Positions 37,661 to 49,622 of a DNA stretch of 64,000 bases are shown one piece after another. The notes beneath the pieces are model-generated. The model worked only from the letters and a program-made list of their open reading frames with translations, did no database searches and had not been told where the DNA came from. The position numbers and the translations under genes were made by a program. How positions within the stretch are numbered: the stretch's first letter is position 1; each line of letters starts with the position of its first letter. This DNA is from Malacoraja senta (lineage: Eukaryota), in NCBI GenBank assembly GCA_038087875.1, contig CM075995.1, forward strand, positions 3,536,001-3,600,000, read 5' to 3'.

Positions 37661-39149
37661 TAAAGGGATTTCCTGCGTTGAAAAAAAACCACAGACGGCT
37701 TTCAGGCTTCTCGGAATTTCTTTCTCCCAATACTATCATGTGCGTCTTTACTCCTGGAAGGTCTAGGATTCTCTCTCTAAGTCCTCCTTTGCCCACTCTT
37801 TCATTACAGCATGTCTATACTGGAAAAGTACTTCAGTACCTGTCGAGCACTTCAAAATGTGTTACATGTTTCCTAATTGTAAGTTCATTCTTTCTTTAAC
37901 ATATTTCTGGTGTTACTATGTGGCTCAGCAACTTTGAAGCACATTGGGATTTGTTTTGTAGAAACAGGAAAATGCAGGTACTGGTTTACAAAAAAAGACA
38001 TCAAGTGTTGGAATAACTCGACGGGTCAGGCAGCATCCCTGGAGAACATGGAAAGGTGACGTTTCAGAACGGGACCCTTCTTCAGGTTGATTTGTTTTAC
38101 CTGAAAAAACAAATCAACCTGTTTTGTAAATGCAGTTGAGTAAATGCAGTACAAGTTATTGTTGTTTTACCTCACATCATGCACACTCCCAACTTCTACT
38201 GATTGAAAAGAGACATTTGAAGTTCAAAAAGTTCCTAAAGCCACTGCGAACATCCAAGGAGAAAAATCACACCAGCAGTAACAAAACTGTGTATTCTTGC
38301 AGTCCTTGTCGGTTTTCATTTATCAGAGATTAAATTGTCGTCAACTCTGTAAACAGTATAATAAATGAGAAATAAAAGTTCAGTATATAGATATATACTG
38401 AATTTATTGATCTACACACATACACACATGTATCTATATAATTAAAAGTCTAAACGTGACCACTTCCTGTTTGCACTGTATATTGATTTTTAGAAAAAAT
38501 GCCACCACTTACGGCTGTGATTATTGGCCATCTTACTCAGTCCCGCTCCGCGGCGCAGGGCCAAAGGATTTTTCCCATCGATGAAAAATAAAAGATTTAT
38601 TAATGTTTAAAAAAATGTTGAGATTCTCTCTCCTGTCAATCACTATTGAAAAGTGTGCAACAGTTTGTGGAAGGAAAAAACGTGAATAAACGTTTTATTA
38701 GATCAGGACTGTTTAATGCAAAATTGCCGCTCATTCCGTGACTTCAGCTTAGTGGAGAGGTGGCGCTCATTTCCGGTGAGTTCAGAGGTGGTGCTGATTG
38801 CGTCATTTCCGGTGAGTGCAGACGTGTTGCTGATTACATGATTTCCAATGAGCTCAGAGGTGGAGCTGAGTGCGAAAGGCCTTAATTGGAGACACCGCGC
38901 TGAGCCGTTTGAGTAATTCAAGAGAGCTTACTGCCATAGTGAGTGTGTGTGTTTGTTGAAAGTTATTTAAAGCATGTTTTTGCAGTAGCAGCAGCTCTAG
39001 AGGAGTGTTTCAGAGTAAAAAAGGCTTGAAATATTTGAATCATTTGATTTATACGCACCGGTGTTCTTATTTTCAAACCATAGAGTATATGGCTAGTAAC
39101 AGGATTCAGTTTGCTTACCACGTTCTGGTTACTTGGCATTTTAGTATTG

Positions 39150-39222
39150 GTGCTGTGTGTTTGTCTGTGTCTGTGTCTGTCTGTCTGTCTGTCTGTGTGT
39201 GTGTCTGTGTGTGAGTGTCTGT

Positions 39223-39253
<31 letters not shown>

Positions 39254-39680
39254 CGTGCGCGTGTGTGTGTGTGTGTCTGTGTTTGTGAGTGTGTCTATGT
39301 GTGTGTGTTTGTGTATATGTGTGTGTGTGTCTTTGTGTGTGTGTCTTTGTGTTTGTGTATGTGAGTGTGTGTGTATGTGTGTGAGTGTCTTTGTGTGTGT
39401 GTGTGTGTGTGTGAGCATATGTGTATGTGTGTGTGAGTGTGTGTATAGGTGTGTGTGAGTGTCTGTTTGTGAGTGTGTGTGTGAGAGAGTCTGTTTCTGT
39501 GTGTCTGTATCTGTCTCTGTGTATGTCTGTGTGTGTCTCTCTGTGTGTGTCTCTGTGTGTGTCTGTGTGTGTGTCTCTGTGTGTGTCTCTGTGTGTGTCT
39601 GTGTGTGTGTCTGTGTGTGTGTCTGTGTGTGTGTCTGTGTGTGTGTCTCTGTGTGTGTCTCTGTGTGTGTCTCTGTGCGT
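39150..39680. repeat. Compound (GT/CT) microsatellite
   Basis: Direct observation. Confidence 0.95.
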
Positions 39681-39683
39681 CTG

Positions 39684-40028
39684 TTGGAGTGCTTGGAGTG
39701 CTGTGAGGTTGGACTTGCTGCCTGCACTCAGCTTGGAGTGCTGTGAGGTTGGACTTGCTCCATGCACTCAGCTTGGAGTGCTGTGAGGTTGGACTTGCTG
39801 CCTGCACTCAGCTTGGAGTGCTGTGAGGTTGGACTTGCTCACTCTGCTTGCTGTGAGGTTGGACTTGCTCACTCTGCTTGCTGTGTGGTTGGACTTGCTG
39901 CCTCCACTCTGCTTGGCGTGCTGTGAGGTTGGACTTGCTGCCACCACTCTGCTTGGAGTGCTGTGAGGTTGGACTTGCTGACTGCACTCTGCTTGGAGTG
40001 CTGTGAGGTTGGACTTGCAGGCCTGCAC
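39684..40028. repeat. 40-bp minisatellite (with 30-bp variants)
   Basis: GCTTGGAGTGCTGTGAGGTTGGACTTGCTGCCTGCACTCA units at 39691, 39731, 39771 and onward. Confidence 0.9.
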
Positions 40029-40435
40029 TGAATGATGACTTTTGAGATAAATTCTCAGATTTTCTTCGTTAAAATTTGACCGCTCAATCTCTCTATATTA
40101 AAATTGTCTTTTTTTAATCAACAGCAAAGAGCCATCAAGAGGCAGTGAGCAGCAGAACACAACAAGAGACACAACAAAAATAACGTAATAAATCTCATCT
40201 TTAACATTGTTGTTATATTTTAAGTAATTCACATTTTAAACTTTAATAAATCCCTTTTCCACTTGCCATGCCTGCGTGTTCTTCATCACAATGAGAACCT
40301 AATAGGCAGGATTGGCTGCGGTGTCGGAGAGCCTCTGCGCGTGCATGGGGGGAGATTGACGAGAGATGGACTGAATGCGTGGGGGGGACGGGAATGGCAA
40401 GGAGCAGAGTGGGGGCAGTGGAGGGAGGAGGGGTG

Positions 40436-40600
40436 ACTAAGTGAACTGCCACCACACCAGCCGTGATTGACTGGACTGCCAGCCCACCAGCCATGAGTAA
40501 GTGAACCGCCAGCCCACCAGCTGTAAGTGACTGAAGTGCCAGCCCACCGGCCATGACTTAGTGAACTGCCAGCCCACCAGCCATGACTTACTGAACAGCA
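40436..40600. repeat. 30-bp minisatellite
   Basis: GTGAACTGCCAGCCCACCAGCCATGACTTA-like units. Confidence 0.8.
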
Positions 40601-40829
40601 AGTCCAAGAATCCATTCAGTCCGCAATGTCCATACCAGCCCTCTGGAAACCAGTCCCTTCAGCGCACAACACCCATACTAGCGCTCCAGAGATCCACGCA
40701 AGGGTAGACTTTCCTCCTTCATTGCCGTGATCTGTAAAAAAATATGAAAATGTCTAAAATTGATTGTCCATCCTCTCCCCTTCTCTCTCACAGAGTCTGT
40801 CACCTGTTTTCGGCAGAATTTCTGGCAGT

Positions 40830-41075
40830 TTGAGCTGCCCACCAGGCCCGAGTTACTGAGCTGCCAGCCTGCCATGCCTGACTGACTGAGCTGCCAGGCC
40901 TGTGTGACTGAGCTGCCAGGCCTGTGTGACTGAACTGCTATGCCTGAGTGACTGAGCTGCCATGCCTGAGTGACTGAGCTGCCATGCCTGAGTGACTGAG
41001 CTGCCATGCCTGAGTGACTGAGCTGCCAGGCCTCAGTGACTGAGCTGCCAGGCCTCAGTGACTGAGCTGCCAGCC
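40830..41075. repeat. 22-bp minisatellite
   Basis: GTGACTGAGCTGCCA(T/G)GCCT(G/C)A units, e.g. 40948 and 40970. Confidence 0.9.
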
Positions 41076-41812
41076 CAAGAATCCATTCGGCCCACAATGT
41101 GCATATGAGCCATCTGAAAACCAGTACCTTCAGCCCACAACACCTATGCTTGCGCTCCAGAAAGTCCCCCCCCCCCCCCGCCCCACTGGCCAGCAATATT
41201 GGAATTGGTGGAGAGGTGGAATATTGCATTGGGGTACCAGACCTCCCTTGTGAAGCTGGTACCCAACGGGTCCCACTTAGTCTAGTATATATATATATAC
41301 AGTGTACACATATACATACACACACATATATTCTTTAGTCTGAAGAATTGTCTCGACCCGAAACCGCACCCATTCCTTCTCTCCAGAGATGCTGCCTGTC
41401 CCGCTGAGTTACTCCAGCATTTTGTGTCTACCACACATACAGTATATACATACACACACATTTACATATATATACACATGCACACACACACACAAATATG
41501 TAATATACATACTACACATGCCACACACACACACACACATTCACATAAAAACAAACAATTATTGTAGAAAGAGAAATCTTCTCGACTGACAGTGAAAGCT
41601 TAAGCAATTCTAAGTGATCTGATTATTGTCCAATGCAGGGACAGTGAGGTGGCATCTAGACAGGTGCTTGGAGCAACGAGAGGTGGGAAGTATTAGTCGG
41701 AGTCAGGAGGACCCGTGATTGATCCTCCTGGAGCCCGTCCATTTACAGCTGCCAACCCGAGCAGAATGCGTGCAGCCCGATATTATGGGATTATCAATCA
41801 ATACAGTCCTTC

Positions 41813-42425
41813 TGGAGAGAGAGAGAGAGAGAGAGGGAGGGAGGGGGAGAGAGGGGGAGGGGGGGAGAGAGGGGGAGGGGGGGAGAGAGGTAGAGAGGGG
41901 GAGAGAGGGGGAGGGGGAGAGAGGGGGGGAGAGGGGGGGAGAGGGGGAGGGAGAGAGGGGGAGAGAGGGGAGAGAGGGGAGAGAGGGGAGGGAAGGAGAG
42001 AGAGAGAGAGGGGGGGAGGGAGGGAGAGGGGGAGAGAGGGGGAGAGAGGGGGTGGGGGAGGGAGAGAGGTAGAGAGGGGGAGAGAGGGGGAGGGGGAGGG
42101 AGAGAGGGGGAGAGAGGGTGAGGGAGAGAGGGGAGAGAGGGTGGAGAGAGGGAGGGAGGAAGAGAGAGAGAGGGGGGGAGAGAGGGAGAGAGGGAGAGGG
42201 AGAGGGAGGGGGAGAGGGAGGGGGGAGAGGGAGGGGGAGAGGGAGGGGGAAGGGAGGGGGAGAGGGAGGGGAGAGGGAGGGGGAGAGGGAGGGGGAGAGG
42301 GAGGGGGAGAGGGAGGGGGAGAGGAGGGGGGAGAGGGAGGGGAGAGGGGGGGGAGAGGGAGGGGGAGAGGGAGGGGAGAGGGAGGGGGAGGGGGAGAGAG
42401 AGAGAGAGAGAAAAGAAAGAAAAAG
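41813..42425. repeat. ~600-bp G/A polypurine low-complexity tract
   Basis: Almost exclusively G and A. Confidence 0.95.
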
Positions 42426-43039
42426 GATGGATTGACTAGAGAAATGTAAAGGTTAGTCTGCCATGAAGAGAAACAATTCCATTTACACCTAAAGTGGTGA
42501 AACATGGAGCCACATAAGAAAATAAAAACATAACTATGACTTACGGATAGGGGCGATGTGACCAGTTATTTGTGATCGGGTTGCTATGTGTTATCCTTAT
42601 AAACAAAAGTCAAGCTTTGCAAAGCTCAATGGCTTGCAACGTTCCAGATACTATGTATAATGCATGGCCTTAAAGGGCTGTAATGAGAGTCAGTGATGTT
42701 GAAGAAGCAATGGAATGGTAATTTTTTTCTTAATCGTATCCCCATCTGCATCTCTAAATGAAGCTATTACGGCAGGCAAGCTGTTTGAACGACACAAGCA
42801 ATTAGAATTATTTCCAGTGAAGGTTGTGTTCACTGAATTATGAATGACTGCCATTGGGAAATATAGATCAGCCATGATCTAATGGTGAAGCACTCGATGG
42901 TCAAAATGGCCTCAATTCTGTTCCAATGTCTCATCGTCTTATTTTCATCACCGAGACACACATCTAGAACGCACAGGCCAGAACCAATCACCCAGGCCTA
43001 TTCAATCATTACTGGAACCCACCCCATCACATTGACCCT

Positions 43040-43470
43040 TAACTTGTAGGAGCAGAATTAGGCCATTCGGCCCATCGTCTACTCCGCCATTCAACCTCTC
43101 CCTCTCTACTGCTTTCTCCTGCTTTCTCCCCATAACCCCTGACATCCGTACTAATAAAGAATCTGTTAATCTCCACCTTACAAATATCCATTGGCCTCCA
43201 CAACCATCTGTGGTGTTGTATTCCACAGATTCACCACCCTCTGACTAAAGAAATCCCTCCTCATCTCCTTTCTGAAGGTATGTCTTTTTATTCTGAGGCT
43301 ACAGCCTCTGGCCCTAGACTCTCCCACTAGTGGAAACATCCTCTCCACATCCACTCTATCCAGGCTTTTCACTATTCGTTAAGTTTCAATGAGGTGCCCC
43401 CTCATCCTTCTAAACTCCAGTGAGCACAGGCCCTGTGGCGGTTAACGACCGTCATATGTTTTCCCACTCA
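43040..43470 (-). mobile_element. CR1 3' fragment
   Basis: KSLDRVDVERMFPLVGESRARGCSLRIK..FFSQRVVNLWN. Confidence 0.8.
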
Positions 43471-43736
43471 TTCATGATCATCGCCATACCCACCCGATGA
43501 ACCACACCAGACCTAATCACCCAGACCCACCCAATCGTTACTGGAACTCACCAAGTCACACAGACCCACCCAATCACACAGACCCACCCAATCACCATCC
43601 AGACTCACCTCATCACTCAAAGCCACTCGATCCTCAGATATACCCTCGATCTTCTCCTAGAATCCACACCATTTGTGTGGATCACCGAGACAAACTCTAT
43701 CACCACCCAGACCCACTCTATCACTCAGAGTCACTA

Positions 43737-44138
43737 CCATAGATCCTATAGCGAGCAAGATAGATCGCTCGACGAAAAAGACGTAGTACGGTCATGGGCA
43801 GATTCATGGGTAATTTTCGGCCCCATTTCCGTAACCGGCTTCCGTCTCCGCACCAAAGATCCCATAGGATGCTAGTGCGGAGGCGGAGACGGAAGCCGGT
43901 TACGGAAACATCCTCGTAAAAATAAAGGTTATTTGCGAAAAATCTTCTCCTCATTTTCAGAATGATAATTTATTAACACAAACTGTTCCCCCGCAACGCT
44001 GATTACACTGCGAGTCAGGTCGGGTCGGGTTACTGAAATGGATGAAAATAAGGCCCACGTTCCGCTCCGTTGCGTACTACACGTCAGCCCATTGCATTTA
44101 GAAGGAGTGGTCTATCTTGCTTGCTATAGGATCTTTGG
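43737..44138. mobile_element. Unclassified TIR element (CCA(T/A)AGATCCTATAGC termini) with exact 6-bp TSD
   Basis: TSD TCACTA at 43731-43736 and 44139-44144; ends homologous to 9172-9771 in the opposite orientation; internal hairpin ~43829-43904. Confidence 0.8.
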
Positions 44139-44172
44139 TCACTACATCCCCACAGCCACTCCATCCCCAGAC

Positions 44173-44490
44173 AGGCAGCATGGTGGCGCAGCGGTAGAGT
44201 TGCTGCCTTACAGCGCCAGAGACCCAGGTTCAATCCTAGCTATGGGTGGTGTCTACACGGAGTTTATACGTTCTCCCCGTGACCACGTGAGTTTTCTCCG
44301 AGTACTTCAGTGTCCTCCCATCCTCCAAAGATGTATAGGTTTGTAGGTTAATTGGCTTGGTATAAATGTAAAAAAAATTGTCCCTAGTGTGTGTAGGGTA
44401 GTGTTAGTGTGCGGGGATTGCTGGTCGGTGTGGACTCGGTGGGCCGAAGGGCCTGTTTCCGCACTGTATCTCTAAACTAAACTAAACTAG
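44173..44490 (+). mobile_element. V-SINE (HE1-like)
   Basis: Full copy. Confidence 0.85.
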
Positions 44491-46412
44491 ACCAATTGGT
44501 CTCAATCATCGCAGCTGCGTGTTTAAAAGGCATGAAATGTGATTGTAATTAGCTGCCAGCTCCACAACATACATCACTATTATGATGCAACCAGAGATTC
44601 CTTCTCTGCAGGAGTGCTGCCTGTCCCGCTGAGTTACTCCTGCATTTTGTGTCTCTCTTTGATTTAAACCAGCATCTGCAATTCTTTCCCAACCTAAACC
44701 TAACCTGGATCCTCTCCTAGAATCAACACCATTCAACGTTCAGTTCTCACCACTGATCAGAGCCTGATGGACCTCTGAGCACCGTTAATTTAACGGCAGC
44801 TTTTTTATGCTCAGATCATTCTTAGGCCACAGTTTGCAACCACACATGAAAATCTATAACAGCCTCTATCTTCCCACTACAGCGGGATTACTTCTGCTGA
44901 AAAGAATGGAAGATAACTATGGATTACAAATGATGTGCATGCAAAAATCTATCCCAATTACTTTCAGCGGTTCAGGATCCGGGAAGGATTCTTGGAGGAA
45001 TTACCAACTCAGCGTCCCGCTGGCCAGTACTTGCATTGTCTCAATGTGCGGCTAATGATGAAGGATGTGAACCATTTTTTCATCATAACCTTGTGGCTTT
45101 TCCCCTATTGATTCAAGAGAATCGCTTGATTGAATGCAGCATTTTTTTGTCGTTCAAAGTCATTTGCAAACGCACATGGGATGACGTTCAGATGTTCCTT
45201 TTGATGGTCAGTCATCAAGTTAATTGCAAAAGGCGCTGTGTTAAATGATCCAACAGGGTGCAGAAGCTACCCAAAGCAATGCTGTTACAATGCTCAGGGT
45301 TGCAGAAGAAGGCTATTCTCCAGTTAAGCAAAGTCTTATAAATGTTTCCAATGAATTGACCATGTGTTTAAGCCATTCTTAACAGATACATGGATAATCC
45401 TGTTGGATTTTTTGGTCATCCCCCAGGCTTTCTATGCAAAACGTTTAATAGTCACTCAGATGCCATGGAAACAGGCCCTTTGGCTCACCTTGTCCATGCC
45501 AACCAAAATGCCCCATCTAAGCTAGACCCACTTGCCTGTTTTTGGCAGATATCTCTATCCATCTACCTGTCCAAGTGTCTTTTAAATGATATTTGTAGTA
45601 TCTGCCTCAACTATCTCTTCTGTCAGCTCATCCCATATACTCAGTGGGACAGATGTTCAGTCTGAAGAAGGGTCCTGACCCGAAATGTCACCCATTCCTT
45701 CTCTCTAGAGATGTCTCCAGCATTTTGTGTTTCTCTTCGGTATAAACCAGCATCTGCAGTTCCTTCCTACACATTTTGGCTGCTATACTGCGAAATCAGG
45801 TAGGCCTACTTTGAAAAAGTTCTCCTCCCCTCTACGATGGTTCATTCTGAAGAAGGGTCTCGGCCCGATACATCACCCTTTCATTCTCTCCATAGACGCT
45901 GCCTGTCCCGCTGAGTTACTCCAGCATTTTGTGTCTATCTTCAGCTAGAAGGAAAGGGTGGGTAAACTTAGATCTTTTTTCTCTGGAGTGTCAACGATTG
46001 AAGGGAGGGAGACCTGAAGTATATAACATTATGAGAGGCATAGAAATGAGAGTCTGAACCTTTTTCCCAGGGCAGAAATGTAAATGATTAGGAGGCATAG
46101 CTTTAAGGTCAGTGAGGGAAAGTTTAAAGTTGATGTGCAGGCATGTTTTTTTCATGGAGAGTGCTGGGTGCCTGAACTCCCTACTAGGGTCGGTGTGGAA
46201 GCAAATATGACATATGGCTTCTTGAGAGGCTTTTAGACGGGCACATAGATATACAGGTAATGGAGGGATGTGGATCATCTGCACAGTCTCATGCCCAGAG
46301 TAGGTGAATTGACTGCCAGAGGACATAGTTTTAAGGTGAAGGGGAAAAGATTTAATCGGAATCTGAGATGTAACATTTTCACTCAGAGGGTGGTGGGTGT
46401 GTGGAATCATCA

Positions 46413-47599
46413 GTGGCCGGCTGATGAGTGAACAGATCCTTGCTGAGGATTTTCAGTGGTGCTCAAGAGCACACTCAACATTTGCTGATCAGAATGGGCA
46501 ATTGAAGGGGACTTTCGAAACACACAGTGGAAGGTTTATGGGACTTTACCATCATCATCGCTATCTGTAATCCTTGAGCTTCAATTGAAAGTATAAGCAT
46601 AGAAACATAGAAACATCTTCACATTGTGTTTCTGATTTTTTTTGTGTGTCTTTGGATCGAATTCTGTTTTTAATTTGTGTATTGGTGATGTCTTTATAAT
46701 TTATTTTACTCCGATTATATGTTTCTTACTTGTTAAACTCTGTAAGGTGTCCTTGAGACTTTGGTATAAGGCGCCCATAAATAAAATGTATTATTATTAT
46801 TATTATAGAAACATAGAAAATAGGTTGAGGAGGAGGCCATTTGGCCCTTCGAGCCAGCACCGCCAACATAGGAAAGAACCGCAGCTGCTGTTTTAAATCG
46901 AAGATTTAATAGAAATCGGAGATGTAACGTTTTCACCCAAAGGGTGGTGGATGTATGGAACAAGCTGCCTGACGAGGTAGTTCAGGCAGGGACTATCCCA
47001 ACTTTTAAGAAACAATTAGACAGGTATTTGGATAGGACAGGTTTGGGGGGATATGTGCCAAATGTGGGCAGGTGGGACTAGTGTAGATGGTAGACACAAA
47101 ATGCTGAATTAACTCACCGGGACAGGCAGCATCTCTGGAGAGAAGGAATGGGTGACTCCAGGGATGCTGCCTGTCCTGCTGAGTTACTCCAGCATTTTGT
47201 GTCTATCTTCGATTTAAAACAGCATCTGCGGTTCTTTCCTATGTTGGTGTAGATGGGACATGTTGGCCAGTGTGGGCAAGTTGGGTCGAAGGGCCTGTTT
47301 CCATGCTGTATGCCTCTATGACTTTCTAGTGCAGACAGAGGAGATTCGTTTAACTTGGCTTCATGTTTGGCGTAGACATTGTTGGCCTTGTGCCGAACTG
47401 TTCGATGTACTATGTTTATACTTTCAATTAAAGCTCAAGGATTACAGATAGCGATGATGATGGTAAAGTCCCATAAACTTCCCACTGTGTGTTTCGAAAG
47501 TCCCCTTCAATTGCCCATTATGAGCAGCAAACGTTGAGTGTGCTCTTGAGCACCACTGAAAATCCTCCGCAAGGATCTGTTCACTCATCAGCCAGCCAC
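46413..47599. repeat. Local inverted duplication (190-bp arms)
   Basis: 46413-46602 is the reverse complement of 47410-47599 with scattered mismatches. Confidence 0.9.
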
Positions 47600-48054
47600 G
47601 ATTCGGAGAGAGTTTTGTGTCAAGCGCACTCCACCAAAATGCTGCGTACATGTTAATGGGAGCCAACAGATAACTGAAGTGGCAATCGACCGCTTGATGG
47701 TGCTCCCAGCTGTATTCCTGGAGCCCCCTTCAACTCCAGTGAGAAGAAGCCAAGCTGCATCTCATCTCAAGAACCTAACATGGGTTCCTCAGAGGCTCTT
47801 TAGTACTTAATGGAGCCTTCATTCTCAGCAGAGTCCCTGATAAAATGCTGATGTGCTGCAATCACGCACTCCACTTTCTCCAGCACCGTTGACGCCCCTG
47901 CAACACAATATTCCCTCTTCACATTGCTTCATTACCAGAAAACCTGATTTTGGCTGGGACCTAGAGGAGACCCGTTCTTCACTGCGAGAGTGAAGATATT
48001 GCCAGCACAGGAATGATCTCCCGAATGGCCTGAAGAGTCATGAAGAGAAGTGAT

Positions 48055-48800
48055 GAAACATAGAAACATTGGAAATAGGTGCAGGATTAGACCATTGGGC
48101 CCTTCGAGCCAGCACCGTCATCCAATATGACCATGGCTGATCATCCAAAATCAGTACTCTGAAGAAGGGTTTCGACCCGAAACGTTGCCTATTTCCTTCG
48201 CTCCATAGATGCTGCCTCACCCGCTGAGTTTCTCCAGCATTTTTGTCTACCTTCGATTTTCCAGCATCTGCAGTTCCTTCTTAAACACCCTGTTCCTGCT
48301 TTCTCCCCATATCCCTTGATTCCATTAGCCCTAAGAGCTATATCTACGTAACTCTCTCTTGAAAGCATTCAGTGAATTGACCTCCACCGCCTTCCGTGGC
48401 AGATAATTCCACAGATCCACAATTCTCTGGGAGAAAATGTTTTTCCTCATCTCAGTCCTAAATGGCCTACCCCTTATTAATAAACTGTGATCCCCTGGTT
48501 CTTGACTCCACCAATACCAGTGAAAATGTTTTTGCATCTAGCCTGCCCGATCCCTTAAGAATTTTATATGTTTCTATAAGATATCCTCTCATCCTTCTTA
48601 ATTCCAGTGAATATAAACCCAATCGACCCATTCTTCCATCAAATGTCAGTCCCGCCATCCTGGAAATTAAACTGGTGAACCTGCGCTGCACTCCCTCAAT
48701 AGCAAGAATGTCCTTCCTCAAATTAGGAGACTAAAACTGCACACAATACTCCAGGTGTGGTCTCACCAGGGCCCTGTACAACTGCAGTAGGACCTCCTTG
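48055..48800 (-). mobile_element. CR1 3' fragment interrupted by a Penelope terminal repeat (48158-48287)
   Basis: RKDILAIEGVQRRFTSLISRMAGL..RRMRGYLIETYKILKG; the insert begins at the CTGAAGAAGGGTTTCGACCCGAAACGTT motif. Confidence 0.85.
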
Positions 48801-49008
48801 CCCCTATGAAGGGTCACCTATCCATGTCCTCCAAAGATGCAGCCTGACCCGTTGAGTTACTCCAGCATTTTCTGTCTATCCTGAATGACTTACTGCTCTT
48901 TCAAAAAGCATTCAGGAGAAGCAAATGGCTCAGGTCACTGACATTATACACTTCTGACAATGTTTGTTGTGGAAACAAGGAACTGCAGATGCTGGTTTGC
49001 ACAAAAGG

Positions 49009-49622
49009 ACACTGATACATTTATAGAGAAAGCACATCAGCGCCTCTACTTCCTGAGAAGATTACGGAGAGTCGGTATGTCAAAGAGGACTCTCTCGAAC
49101 TTCTACAGGTGCACAGTAGAGAGCATGCTGAGTTGCATCGTGACTTGGTTCGGCAACTTGAGCGTCCAGGAGCGGAAAAGAATGCAGAAAGTTGTTACCA
49201 CTGCCCAGTCCATCATCGGCTCTGACCACCCCACCATCGAAGGGATCTATCGCAGTCGCTGCCTCAAAAAGGATGCCAGCATCATCAAGGACCCACACCA
49301 TCCTGGCCACACACTCATCTCTCCGCTGCCATCAGGTAGAAGGTACAGGAACCTGAAATCTGGTACATCCAGGTTCATGAACAGCTTCTTCCCCACAGCA
49401 ATCAGGCTATTAAACTCGCCATTAAACAAACACTGAACTATAACAGCCTATTGCACTTTATCTGTTTATTTGTGTGTATATATATATATGGTCTATGCTA
49501 TATAGACACACTGAACTGTACTGTATTTATGCTTACTATATTCTGTTGTGCTGCAGCAAGCAAGAATTTCATTGTCCTATCTGGGACACATGACAATAAA
49601 CTCTCTTGACTCTTAACTTGAC
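49009..49622 (+). mobile_element. Rex1/Babar-type LINE 3' fragment
   Basis: ORF 48960..49436 KAHQRLYFLRRLRRVGMSKRTLSNFYRCTVES..NSFFPTAIRLLN; near-identical to 10276-10955. Confidence 0.85.

Larger units (their letters stand above)
38433..41285 (+). mobile_element. Non-autonomous Helitron with internal tandem arrays
   Basis: A|TCTATATAATTAAAAG start; subterminal hairpin TGGTACCC-AAC-GGGTCCCA (41257-41275); CTAG|T end; no TSD; flanked by CA/TA microsatellite. Confidence 0.75.

Noticed and set aside
38963..40028. TH/VC-rich ORFs
   Set aside because: Translations of GT/CA microsatellite and minisatellite.
41715..42505. G/E/R-rich and P/S/L-rich ORFs
   Set aside because: Low-complexity purine tract.
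47442..47666. 74-aa ORF whose frame is also open in the inverted duplicate
   Set aside because: No recognisable family; an open frame in both copies is expected for a short, recent duplication.
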